DNA of 64,000 nt. Source: Flectonema sp. DT1601. Its lineage: Eukaryota. Below, piece after piece: positions 1 to 11,217 of this stretch. The stretch covers positions 682,001 to 746,000 of the forward strand of contig OZ025785.1 in NCBI GenBank assembly GCA_964019425.1, read 5' to 3'. Each line of letters opens with the position of its first letter. Positions within the stretch are counted from its first letter, which is position 1. A program made the position numbers and the translations under genes. Below the pieces are notes generated by a model that was not told the origin of the DNA, did not search any database, and was given only the letters and a program-made list of their open reading frames with translations.

Positions 1-571
1 TTTAATGGAATTTTTAGTGAGGACAGTTGCGACTAAATGTCCGAAGTTAATATCGTTTGTTGAGGAGTTGGATCCAGTTTCGAAGGCTAGGAATCTTTCT
101 TTTCCAACAATGCAGCAAAGCGTCAGACAAATAACAACGAAATTCGATTCAATCTTAAAGAAACTTTCAAACTCATCAGCTGGTGACGACTGTACGATGA
201 CAGCAAAATTACGAAAATTCGTCTCCGAGTCACAAACTTCTGTTAACGAATGCTCATCATTACGTTCTCAAATTCAAGAAAAGGCTCGCAAATTATCATC
301 ACATTTCGGTGAGGTATGTAAAAAAAAATTTTCTTTTGGTAAGGGGAGAAAAAAAGAAATCATAAAAAAATTACAAATATTCACACAGGGACCGTCATTC
401 GACGAAGCAGTCTTCTTCACACATGTTTGTACCTTTAGAAATAGTTTTGAAACCACGCTGGAGGAATACAAAAAGAAACAAGAGATGAAAAAACGTCAAC
501 AAAAAAAAGCTGAGGCGGCTGAAAAAGAGAATAAAAATACTCACGTCGATCCCAGTGGCAGTGAGAGCTGA
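1..571 (+). CDS. Formin (FH2 domain C-terminal part); 5' end lies outside the window; in-frame intron 314-388
   Basis: LMEFLVRTV..KCPKLISFVEEL..VSKA resembles the FH2 segment 'LLHFL....P.LL.F..EL..V..A'. Removing the 75-nt GTATGT..CAG intron (314-388) gives HFGE|GPSFDEAVFF..TFRNSF, matching the FH2 'YFGE.P....EEFF..F..F' motif, followed by a charged tail. Confidence 0.8.
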   Translation, partial: LMEFLVRTVATKCPKLISFVEELDPVSKARNLSFPTMQQSVRQITTKFDSILKKLSNSSAGDDCTMTAKLRKFVSESQTSVNECSSLRSQIQEKARKLSSHFGEVCKKKFSFGKGRKKEIIKKLQIFTQGPSFDEAVFFTHVCTFRNSFETTLEEYKKKQEMKKRQQKKAEAAEKENKNTHVDPSGSES

Positions 572-790
572 AGCAGTTTTTTCTTACTGTGTGTAGTAGT
601 CGGTTGTTGTAAAAATAAATAAATAATAATAATAACAAAAGGAAGGGGAGGACACGTGTACTAGCACTGTTTTATAGTTTTCTTTTTAAGGAACCCCCTT
701 GCCTTTTTTTTTTTTGTTTATATTTTGTTGTTGTTGTGTTCTTGCTTATCAGTTTTCGTCTTTGTTTGGGTTTTTTTTTTTCTTCTTTTT

Positions 791-1035
791 TTTTCGTAGC
801 ACACGACTCAAATGAATAACTAACTGTCTCTCAAAGTCGAGACTCTTTCGGCTAAATGATAAAATAATTAACCACTCGTCCCTTTCCTGAGAAGGGCAAA
901 CACGCTATGAGTAGGACTCTCTTACCCTCTTCGTTGAAGAGGGCTTGGTAAGGAGAATGGTCCGAAAAAGAAAGTTTTTTTTTTTTTAAAATTTTAGCCT
1001 CAAACCCAACCATTATTTGTTTGTTGTCCTACGAA
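791..1035. mobile_element. Short non-coding element with imperfect terminal inverted repeats (MITE-like), member of a dispersed family
   Basis: The ends TTCGTAGCACA and TGTCCTACGAA are reverse-complementary with one mismatch. Internal hairpins are present (CTCTTC-gtt-GAAGAG). The right half is clearly similar to 40940-41062. Confidence 0.5.
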
Positions 1036-1472
1036 TTTTCTTTTTTTTTTGATTGAGACTCTTCTTGTCCGATATTATTTTTGTAAAAAAAAAAAAAAAA
1101 AGCGACCCTTTTTAAAAAAACAAAGATCGCATTTAAATTTGTTCGGTATGTTTTTTATTTTTTGTTAAGACTAAATAAGTGAAAAATAAGTACTAATTTC
1201 TGTAGGTACAGTTTTTCAATCACTCACAACTGTTAATCATCGTATATATTTTGAATTTAAAAAAAAAAAAAAAATTAATAAAATAAAATAAGAAAAAGAG
1301 AGAAGAGAGAAGAAAGCAATAATACTGCTTGCCTTGTGCACTTCCTCTAACCTGACATATTCCGGTAACGTGTTTTTTTTTTTTTTTTTTTTTTTAAAAG
1401 GAAGCAAAAAAAAAAAAACATACTTATTTATCATAACAGAGGAATATATAAAAAAATAAAAATAACACAAAA

Positions 1473-2225
1473 ATGGATTTCGATGATAATTCTTCAGAGA
1501 GTTCTGAGTCAGGAGAGGGGTGGACACGTCATGTAGACGAGTCTAGTGGAAGAGTCTACTGGTATCACTCCGGTGATATGAGATCACAATGGACATGTCC
1601 ACCTGAATTAGAAACAAAAGATCAAAAAGAACGGACAGTCGAAAGAACAGCAACAAACACTCCTGAAGAAGAACAAGATGATGAGATAGAAGAAACCCAA
1701 CGAATAGAAGTTACGGAAATGGAACCTTTAAGAGCTCAAGGTATTATGTTAAATGGGACATATGCTGTTCAACCGACATTTGCTGTTGCATCGTTGAGGC
1801 AACAGGAAATTCCGGAAGCAGATAAAATTAGAAAAAAACACATTGATCAAATGGTAAAACAATACCATGCAATGGGACAGTTGGTTAAACAGCTTCAAGT
1901 CAATCAGGAAAAACAAGAACAAGAGTGGATTCAACAACAACACATTCAAGGAATATTAAGACAACAACAAGTTCAAAAACAACTCGAAGTGTTTTCAAAT
2001 CATCCGATTCCACCAACAGCGTTACCAACATTACCTCAACACCATTGGCGGGAAGAAAGAGGAATTCCACCTCCGAGTATCAGTCAGCTGGCTCAGTCTG
2101 ATTACATGATCGTTCCTGTAGTGAATGGTAACACTCAACAACAGGGGCTTGTATTGCCATCACCACTGTCACCTGTTTTACGGGGGATGAATGGGATCTC
2201 AGCATCAGGGCCTACCAACTCCTAG
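1473..2225 (+). CDS. WW-domain protein with Gln-rich coiled coil and Pro-rich C-terminus
   Basis: GWTRHVDESSGRVYWYHSGDMRSQWTCPP matches the WW consensus W..x..GR.YYY......SQW..P; 250-aa ORF. Confidence 0.85.
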   Translation: MDFDDNSSESSESGEGWTRHVDESSGRVYWYHSGDMRSQWTCPPELETKDQKERTVERTATNTPEEEQDDEIEETQRIEVTEMEPLRAQGIMLNGTYAVQPTFAVASLRQQEIPEADKIRKKHIDQMVKQYHAMGQLVKQLQVNQEKQEQEWIQQQHIQGILRQQQVQKQLEVFSNHPIPPTALPTLPQHHWREERGIPPPSISQLAQSDYMIVPVVNGNTQQQGLVLPSPLSPVLRGMNGISASGPTNS

Positions 2226-2619
2226 AGATAACCTTCTGCATGTTTCGATGTTCTCAAGCTGTAATGCCAAAGTTACAAAAAAAAAAATAAAAAAATAGTA
2301 TGACACTATGTGATAAAAGCCCAGAGTCTTTTTGTATGTGTGAGCATGTTTTTAAAAAAAAAAAAACTTTTTTTGGCTTACCCAGAACAAAATTATTTTT
2401 ATGTCTGTGTTCTGTGATTTTTTTTTTTTTTTTGTTCCTTTTTTTTTTTTTTCCCGAAAAAAATTACCGAAATAAAATTAATGAGAAAAGCAGAGCTGCC
2501 TTTGACACTGAATGCCTTGCTCATACAGTGATGCGTGAGACTGTTTAGTTTTTTTTTTTTTTTTTTTCCCCAGACGTTCAAATTGTGCGAAACACAAAAA
2601 AAAAAAAAATATGTGTATT

Positions 2620-3285
2620 AATTGGGGGGATGCTTAAGTTGACATAATTCAACTCGAAACAGTTTAATTATTATCGAGCGGGGATTCCGGCGCCGAGCGC
2701 GAAAAGCGCGAGGGGTCGGCATCACCACGAGATGATAATTATGAGTTGAGAGTTAGACATTATGTCAACTTACCGCCCAATTTTATATTTAATGCCATAA
2801 ATTAGAATTAGGACTGTGCACATTTCATCACGAGAACCGCTGCTGATTTCTTCCATTCCACTATTGCCCTCCCCATAATTACACTCACGGGCTCAATAAT
2901 TTTACGTTTGAAAGAAGCGTGAAATTAGGGCTCATAATGCCACTGAGGTCATAATCACACTCTTACTGATGCCCATTATCCACATCCATTAAATTATCCT
3001 CCCGGAAAACTTAAAATCACCCCCAACATAATTGCCATTATGTCAAAATCACCCGGATTATTACAGGTCAATAACTACATCGCCACAGCCATTTTAAACC
3101 AAAAACAGAAAATCATAATTTTACTGCTGTATTAGATTTGGTCTTAACTTCACACTTTTGTGATAATTTCGATTTGCCAGCCATCGGCCTTGTGTACGGA
3201 ATGTAATTACCGGGTTATTTCTACTCCGCGAGTGATGAAATGTGCACAGAAATAATTCGTTTATGGCATTAAATAAATAAAAAAC
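2620..3285. mobile_element. Composite palindromic non-autonomous element: ~160-bp hairpin (2620-2782) abutting a ~500-bp segment bounded by long inverted repeats
   Basis: Perfect inverted pairs: TAAGTTGACATAAT (2635-2648) with 2759-2772; TATTTAATGCCATAAA (2786-2801) with 3260-3275; CTGTGCACATTTCATCAC (2814-2831) with 3232-3249. The region lacks the long homopolymer runs of its flanks. Confidence 0.65.
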
Positions 3286-4220
3286 TAGAAAAAAATTTCG
3301 ACATAAATTCATAGTGTAATGTTGTAGTAGATTTCTCCTCTAATTAAAAAAAAAAGAAAAGACCAAGGACTATAAATAACCTCAAGGAGTAAAAACGAGA
3401 CACTCCAGACTGTGTTAAGTCATCAATAATTTTTTTTTAAACAAAATTAATCAAACAATAATCTCTTCCCCTCTATCCTTTTGTATTCATAAATGGGGAA
3501 TTCAAAAAGTAAACCTACCTGATTATTCTTGTTTTAGCAGGATACAAGGCAAACCTCTTGGAATCCACCTGGCCTGCCTTTGTTCCTATTGGCTGATCAG
3601 TTCTTGGGTGCGCTTTTTGAATCTCTTTTTTTTAAGTGTTGCCCTTCCGGTGGTTATTTTTCTGCTGTCGTATATTTGCGATGACCAGGTGATTGGGAGT
3701 TAGGCTCTTTTCACAACAGGTTGTGTGAACCTCTTGTTGGTCGTCTTTCTGTATAACTATGTGTAATTCACAAAAAAAAAAAAAAGAAAAAGAAAAGAAA
3801 AAAAAAAGGGAGAAAAAAAAAAGACGAAGAAAAAAAAGTGCTTTGATTTGAATTAGTGCTGTCCTTTACCACAACACTAGACGCTCCCCTCCTTTGGATT
3901 TGATCCATAGTAAGGAATGTGAGGTATTTTCAAGAAAGCGGTTTTTTTTCTTTCTTTTTTTTTCCCCTCATTTTTTTTCCTGTTTTTTTTCTGTTTTTTT
4001 TTTTTTTTTTCCTTTGTTTTGATTGAAAAATCTCTCTTACTTTCCCTCTTCAAAAAATTCCCCTTCCTTACAAAAAAAAAATTTTTTTTTTAAAAAAAAA
4101 AATCACGATTTATTTATTTATTTTTAATGCGTATTTAACCGAGCTACTTTTCGTTTTTTTTTTTCCTTCTTTTTTTTTCTTTTTCCTCTTTTACCCGGTT
4201 AGGTGTTTTGGTCGGGAAAC

Positions 4221-4870
4221 TTATTGAATAGGTGACTCGATGCTAAATTATTTTTTTTGGAATAAATCCAAATTAAGCTAAACTCATACTCTAACACAAC
4301 TTTATATTCTTTTTTACGGTTCTACTCATTCAGTGATATCAGATATGTAAGGAAATGTCACTTTGATTCGGAACACTTTTGGTTACGGTTAGCTCCACTG
4401 CTTTTGGAGCGTATCCGATTTTTCACTGTTTTTTCATTTTTTTTTTTTTTTTCAAAAAAATCCTGAAAAAAATCGACAACAAAAAAAAAAAAAAAAAAAA
4501 AAAAATTCTGACCAAAACTGTGTGAATGAATTATTCAAAAAAAAGAATGAAAAAAAAAAAAAAAAAAAAAAATAGAAATATGTGCACTGTATCCAATACA
4601 ACAACAAGTAAGTTAAAAGTTGATAAGTAAAACTGAATTCGTTCAACTTGTGACGAAAGCAACATAATCTATTTATCTATAAGACACCAACAGTCAACCA
4701 TTTTATTGAATAGGTGACTCGATGCTAAATTATTTTTTTTGGAATAAATCCAAATTAAGCTAAACTCATACTCTAACACAACTTCATTTTCTTTTTTACG
4801 GTTCCACTCATTCAGTGATATCAGATAGTAAGGAAATGTCACTTTGATTCGGAACACTTTTGATAACGGC
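4221..4870. repeat. Direct repeat of ~165 bp (4221-4390 and 4703-4870)
   Basis: TTATTGAATAGGTGACTCGATGCTAAATT...CACTTTGATTCGGAACACTTTT occurs twice with a few substitutions; the downstream A-rich motifs are also echoed. Confidence 0.9.
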
Positions 4871-6056
4871 TGGTGAAAAATCCTGGAAAAAAAAAAGAAA
4901 AAAAAAAAATCGCACGATTGTTGACTACACCGTGTGAATTATTCAAAATGAAAAAAAAAAGAAAAAAAAGAAAAAAGAGGAGAATCAGCCAAACTTCTTT
5001 GATTTTTTACTTTTTTTTTTTTTTTGTTTTTGCTTGGTAATAAAACTAACTTAAAAGCAATTAGATAATTCTCTTTTCTACTTAACAAGCAGATCATGCT
5101 ACATCACCTCTGGCTTCATGAACTTGAAGTGAAACCGAAGAATGTGGATCGATACTTGTGAAATCTTTTTTAGGTCAATTAGGATATTCTTATAGTGTTG
5201 AGATTCTATTTTTCTTGCATTTTTTATTTTTTTTGGGGGGGGGAGGGGTTTTTTTTTTGTTCTTTTATTTCTTTGATAAAATAAATAAAACTAGTTTAAT
5301 TGCTGGAAAAATGGGGGGGGGGAGGGGGAGTCGAAGGAGAGAAAAATAAATAAATAAATAAGTAGAAAGAAAAGAAAAAAAAAGAAAACCGAATTTTTCA
5401 AAGAAATAATCTCCAGAATATATACATCTTTTTCCATTAATAATGATCAAACGAAGAGTGCGTGAACACTCTGCAATTCAGAACCTTTCTTCTTCATGGG
5501 GAAAAGGATGAAAAGATGTTTTTTTTTCTTCTTATTATCAAAAAAAAAAGAATCTGTTTTTTGGATTTCATATGCGCGCGGCTACTTAAAATAATTAGAC
5601 ATAATGCGCAAATAGACTTACAAGAAAAAAAAAAAATACAACTGCAAGTTGTGATCTAATTTTTTTTACAACTTCACAACCTCTTTTGTCTGTCTGCTGG
5701 GAGGTTTTGCCGGCGGTACGATAAAATAAATTTAATAATAAAAAAAAAACTCCAACCCTGCTCTGTATTTCTTATTTCAGGTGGTTTTGAGACGGCATGC
5801 GGCCTGACACAGAAGGCTTTACGAGAGACCCTTCACAGACCCTGTACTTGTGTCCTCGGAGTGAATCTTGTCCGAAAAAAAAAAAAAAAAAAAAAAACGA
5901 TATTCTTACCGGTTATGTTACAAGCGTTTAGTGCTTACCGTCAGTCGCTTCTTTCCCAACAACGAAAAACTTTTTTTTTATCTCTACTCAGTCTGTAATT
6001 GGTTTTATCTTTCCTCCTTTACTTGTTGCTCCAACTTGCAGCAATCTTCTGTGTAA

Positions 6057-6641
6057 GTGATTCTGTGGAGTTTGGTTTTTTTTTGTATATTTTATGTGGG
6101 ATACGGAAGTGCACGAGGGCGTAGTTCTGTATTGGTGCACATTTGTGAAGATCTTCGATCCCACGGGAAAGCTGGTATCCGAATGTTGTATCAATGCAGT
6201 GCCACTCCGCTGACGGTAGTGATCTTGCACTACGTTCCTCTCTTCTCTAACTAATGGAAGCGATGCTTCTTTAACTTTCAGTGCGGCTCCTTAATTTTGT
6301 TTCTCCAATCATTTCTATGGGATGATTCTGTGGAGTTGGTTTTTTTGTATATTTTATGTGGGATACGGAAGTGCACGAGGGCGTAGTTCTGTATTGGTGC
6401 ACATTTGTGAAGATCTTCGATCCCACGGGAAAGCTGGTATCCGAATGTTGTATCAATGCAGTGCCACCCCCGCTGACGGTAGTGATCTTGCACTACGTTC
6501 CTCTCTTCTCTAACTAATGGAAGCGATGCTCCTTTAACTTTCAGTACGGCTCCTTAATTTAGTTGCTCCAATTGTGGAGAGACAGGTCATCAGGATGATT
6601 CTGTGAGGGTTTTGTATATTATGTGTGTTCCTCTCTTCTCT
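6057..6641. repeat. Tandem repeat: two near-identical ~265-bp units plus a third internally deleted unit
   Basis: Units start at 6057, 6322 and ~6595 (TGATTCTGTG...). The third joins TATGTG almost directly to GTTCCTCTCTTCTCT and lacks the ~175-bp core. Confidence 0.9.
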
Positions 6642-7534
6642 AGTTTTAATGTTTTAACGAATAGAAAACTATTCTCCTTTTTTTTAACATTCAAAATTTT
6701 TTTGCTTAAACATCTGTGTTTTCCAGACTTTATTGAAAACAGTGCCGTGAGGCATCTGTGTAAATAATGCGGCTCTTTTTTGAATTTTTTTTTTATCCCA
6801 ATAATGATGTTCATTGCAACGTGTGCTCTATTTTTGTTAGGGCATGCAATATGTAATAATGTTTTTTTTTTTTTTTAATTTTTTTTTTTAAAATTAAAAT
6901 GTTGAAAGAGCTACGTTATGATTTTGTGATTAAAATATATTCAAATAGTCAGCTCTGTCTCTTTTTTTTGTTTTTTTTTTTTTTAAAAAAAAAAAAACAG
7001 TCTTTGGCAGTTCATCTTGATCTTGCTTACCTTCTCTTTTATTCGTCCTTTTTTTTGTTATATCTGTTAGTTTTTTTGTTCTGTTATTTAGACAATAAAC
7101 AAGGAAAGAGATAGAATCCATATCGTTGGCGTTTTTTTTTTTTTTTTTTGGATGTAAAAGCCTGGCCTTTTTTTTTTTTTTTTTTTTTTTTTTCAATATT
7201 CGTCGAAACGGTAACTACTATCAAATCTGACTAGTTTCTTCTTCGACGGAAAAAAAAATGGAAACAAAAAAAAAAAAATGCAGATTTTTGTTGGCAATTC
7301 TGATGAGCATTACAAAGCCATCAATTTTCTTTTTTTTCTCTTTTTTTTTTTTTGTTGTGGTTAAAAAAAGCCTCATTTAGGTGTGCATCTGACACCTGAG
7401 ACTGTTTAAAAAAGTGATCGAATCATACACAGCGCGCTGTTGTTAAATTTAATTAAAATGAGGAATCGTTTTTTTAAAAAAAAAACATCCTCCTGTGTGT
7501 GTGTTACTCATACTGTTTTGTTTTGAAGTGCGGG

Positions 7535-7567
<33 letters not shown>

Positions 7568-7874
7568 TGCCTTTACCATCATCTCTAAAAAATAAGAAAA
7601 AGAAAAAAATAAAATAAAATAGTAATTTTAATACAATGCAATTATGATATAAAAATAACGAGACCAAAAATAAAAAAAAAACCAAACAAAAAATAAAAAA
7701 AAAATACAACCCACACACACACTTTTAGAGATCGTTTTTCCATTTTATTTTTGCCGAATGCCGATCGCTCAAGTCAAAAAAAAAAAAAAAAAAAATTCTC
7801 TCTTGATAATTGTACTCATTAATTTTATAACAGACATGGGGTTTTTTTTTCTCTCTCCCTAGACTTTGTTAAAT

Positions 7875-8177
7875 ATGGAGGATGACAAGTTGAGCGTGTT
7901 TACTCTTCTTTGGTTGGTTGCCCTCACCGGTTTTAGTACCGTCTATGTTATAGCTCATGCAAAAGGATGGTATGTGTTAGTGAGTGACGTGATTTCTGGA
8001 TCCTCAAATAGAGAACACTATTCAAACAGAGGCATTAAAAAATCAGCAGCAGATGCAATTGCAAGTGGTGAATGGAAAGAACAGGTTGACCCAACAACGG
8101 GAAAGAAATTCTATTTCAATGCGGCATCTGGAAAGACAACCTGGGATCTTGATAAGGAACTGAGCTCCAACAGCTAA
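7875..8177 (+). CDS. Small membrane-anchored protein with C-terminal WW domain
   Basis: ATG at 7875 follows a pyrimidine tract plus AG (7862). Hydrophobic helix VFTLLWLVALTGFSTVYVIA, then the WW motif EWKEQVDPTTGKKFYFNAASGKTTWD. Confidence 0.85.
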   Translation: MEDDKLSVFTLLWLVALTGFSTVYVIAHAKGWYVLVSDVISGSSNREHYSNRGIKKSAADAIASGEWKEQVDPTTGKKFYFNAASGKTTWDLDKELSSNS

Positions 8178-8324
8178 TCAAAAAAGATAATAACATTCTC
8201 TTTCACATACGATTTATCTATGTTGTGATCGATTGTTAGGTATTCCTCTCTCCACGGAAGTATTTATCATTTTTTTCTATTCTCACAGCTACCAAAAAAA
8301 AAAAAAAAAAAAAAACTGGAAAAA

Positions 8325-9821
8325 ATGATGCGTACAACTGTCGGATTAGCAATCTGTGCTGTGAGCATGGGAGGGTCAGTTTCTTCAGACGGATGTTGGA
8401 GGAGAGAAGAGAACACTTGGATGCCTTGCTATCCAAGAGATCCAGCTGACAGCACCAAAAGACTTGATCAAGTTGGAACAAAAGAAGCGATGAAACAAAA
8501 ATGCATCGAAATGGGTATCGGTTGCATGGCTGTCACTTGTACAAAAGACGACGACACCTGCACTCTTAGACACGCTTTACAGTGCGAAACTGATTCTGGA
8601 AAACCAATTCAAAAATCACCTACGAATGAAATTACCTACATAAAACAATGTGAGCTTTCTAAATATGACTTTGTAAAACATCCGAACTCTTACATTAAAT
8701 GCTACAATACTCAAGAAGACTTCAAAGGTGACCTTCTTGAACGTCAAATTAGATGCGCTGCTTTGGGACCACAAGCCTGCTTTGGTATTACGTGTAACGC
8801 TAATACTGAGTTCCCTAACGGATACGATTGTATTATCAAAGACCACAGATCTTGTAGTGAAGTTGTAGACATAGATGAAGTTACTAACAGTGATGAGGTT
8901 AAACAAATCTCATACGTAATGAAGTCTAATGGTCCTGCTCCTGTGGTCACACCAGGAACCCCTGTCAGCCCAGCCAATGGAGGATGTGCCTTCACAAAAA
9001 ATGTTGAAACTCAGTTTGGATGTGGTACTCCTGAAAACAAAGAAATGACTCTCGAAGAAGCAAAACTTCAATGCGACCAAGCCAGCACTGTAGCGAACAG
9101 CTGCATTGGAGTCTTGTGTGCTGCTGGTAGCTCGAAGGGGTGTAAACTTCACTACAGATGTCAGAATTTTAATCAAAAAAACTTCCTCGTGGCTGACAAG
9201 CAATTTGATGTTTACGTGAAGACCTGCAGTGATGGAGCTCAGTGTGTTACTCCTTGTCACGAATACGAGGAAGCCAACGACCACAGATGTGGTAACGACT
9301 GCCACTGCAAAGGAACTCGTTTATGTGGTCCAGGGGGATACTGTACCAACAGTAATGGATTCACAGAGTCTTGTCTGCTCGGTGATTGTGTTTTTCAAGC
9401 CAATGAAAACACTTACTACCTCTGTGTTGCTGATGATAACCAAGTCGGTACCACTTTGAAAGACGCTCAGCAGCGTTGCAGAGAACTTGGTGACGCATGT
9501 GTAGGAGTTACTTGTGAGCAAAATGGACTCTGCACAACTAGATTCCCAGGAAGATGTGGACACAGCGATAACCTTCTTCAAACATCAACAACTCACGAGG
9601 TGACTTACAACAAGTGTTGTGGATCGAGAGAATTACAAGAAAGATTCTGTCCAAGAGCTTTCAAGTCTTCCAGCTCATCCCACGCTGGTCTCTACATCTT
9701 CTTCATAATCCTTCTTATTGTTATTGTCGGAGGATTATTCTATAAGAATAGACAAATGGCGAACAACTTCATCGCTCCTGATGCGTTCAAGGCTGTTCCT
9801 CATAACGATGCTGATGTATGA
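8325..9821 (+). CDS. Cys-rich type I membrane protein with four PAN/Apple-like repeats
   Basis: N-terminal signal-like peptide; four repeats of 'N(T/S)Y..C....TL.(E/D)A...C.....C.GVTC......C.....C.......E.TY.K.C'; TM helix GLYIFFIILLIVIVGGLFY; short tail. The PAN fold is inferred from Cys spacing. Confidence 0.8.
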   Translation: MMRTTVGLAICAVSMGGSVSSDGCWRREENTWMPCYPRDPADSTKRLDQVGTKEAMKQKCIEMGIGCMAVTCTKDDDTCTLRHALQCETDSGKPIQKSPTNEITYIKQCELSKYDFVKHPNSYIKCYNTQEDFKGDLLERQIRCAALGPQACFGITCNANTEFPNGYDCIIKDHRSCSEVVDIDEVTNSDEVKQISYVMKSNGPAPVVTPGTPVSPANGGCAFTKNVETQFGCGTPENKEMTLEEAKLQCDQASTVANSCIGVLCAAGSSKGCKLHYRCQNFNQKNFLVADKQFDVYVKTCSDGAQCVTPCHEYEEANDHRCGNDCHCKGTRLCGPGGYCTNSNGFTESCLLGDCVFQANENTYYLCVADDNQVGTTLKDAQQRCRELGDACVGVTCEQNGLCTTRFPGRCGHSDNLLQTSTTHEVTYNKCCGSRELQERFCPRAFKSSSSSHAGLYIFFIILLIVIVGGLFYKNRQMANNFIAPDAFKAVPHNDADV

Positions 9822-11030
9822 ATTTTTACTATTTATTGTTTATGTTCAAAATAAGAGAAACAAAACAAAACTAAAACAAAACAAACAGGATGGTGGTGAC
9901 TGGGTTGTAAACGACAGCACGGTTGATATCAGAGATGACGACGATCAGTAGAATTTTATTGTTGTATTCGGTGCGTAACTTCTGATGGCCAGCAGATTTT
10001 TTTTTTTAAAAAAAAAAAACTTTTAAATTTTCATTAAAAGAAGGGACACAAAGTACCCGGCTGGCGTATTGCGTGTATTACTCTAGCCTAGACTGACGTT
10101 CAGCAGCTTGAGAGAAAATTAAAAAAAGGTTCCATCCCTTGGTGATGAGAGAAAAAAAAAAAAATATCAGTATTGGGAATGAAAGTATCCCTGCATTTTT
10201 TTTATTTATTTATTATTTTTTTTTTTCAAGTTACCTCGTATTTCTTTTCTTCTAAGCGTCCTCTAGCTTCTTTCAAGCTGGCTACAAATGAATTAAAAAG
10301 GGGGAAAAAATGAGAATTCGATGACTCAAAAATAGATAAAAAAGAAAAAGGTTGAGGTCATTTATTTTAGTTCTGAAAAAAAAAAAAGAATCTCGCGTGT
10401 TTGCATATCTATTTTCTTTTTTTTTGTTGTTGTGTCTTTCTCTCTAGTCACAATCATATTTTGTGTTGATTTTTTTTTTTTTTTTTTTTTTTTTTGATTT
10501 TTTATAATTGAATTTATTTTCCTCTCCTTTGTTTTTTTTTATTCGCTCATAAAATTTAAAAAGGATTAGAATGAAGTAACAGCACGTAGTTGTGTTCTGT
10601 TTATTGCACTTTATTTCGTTTGTAACTAACCTCTTCTCGGGGGTGTGAGGGAGGACAAAAAAAAATAAATAAACCGAGGACGGAATACTATAACAGTGGT
10701 AGTCTTTTTTATGGTTTGTTCGTTTACACTATCTGATTTTAGATAGAAAAAAGGTTTTTTTTTGGATATTCGATTTTGCGCTTCGAAAAAAAAAAAAAAA
10801 AAAAAAAAAAAAAGTGTGTTGTGGTACTTCTTGTAGTTTAATAAATTATTTCTTCCTTCCGTCTCACATGATGTTTTTTTATTATTTTTTTTTTTTATAT
10901 AAAAAAAAAAAAAAAAAAAACCTCCTTCAGAAGATTTCCTTTCTACTTTTTACCGTGTGTTTGCATGTTTGCGTGTTTTCTACATTAATTGTTTTTGTTC
11001 ACATGTCGTAAGTGTGTTCCCTTACCGGGT

Positions 11031-11064
<34 letters not shown>

Positions 11065-11217
11065 CCAAACGTGCAAAAAAAAATAATTAAAAAAAAAAAA
11101 ATAAAAAAAAATGCCAGTAATGATTGCAGGCGTGAAATGAAACAAAAATAAAACAATATAAAAAAAAAAAAAAAACTTAATTACTTCATAAAACAGGAAT
11201 CTTGTCAATCAACAAAA

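Noticed and set aside
3493..3596. Possible tiny two-exon ORF (MGNSK|RYKANLLESTWPAFVPIG)
   Set aside because: Only 23 aa with a very short putative intron and no homology support.
6057..6215. Box C/D snoRNA interpretation of the tandem unit
   Set aside because: The C box is non-canonical, and the sequence just upstream of the CTGA differs between copies; no rRNA complement was recognised.
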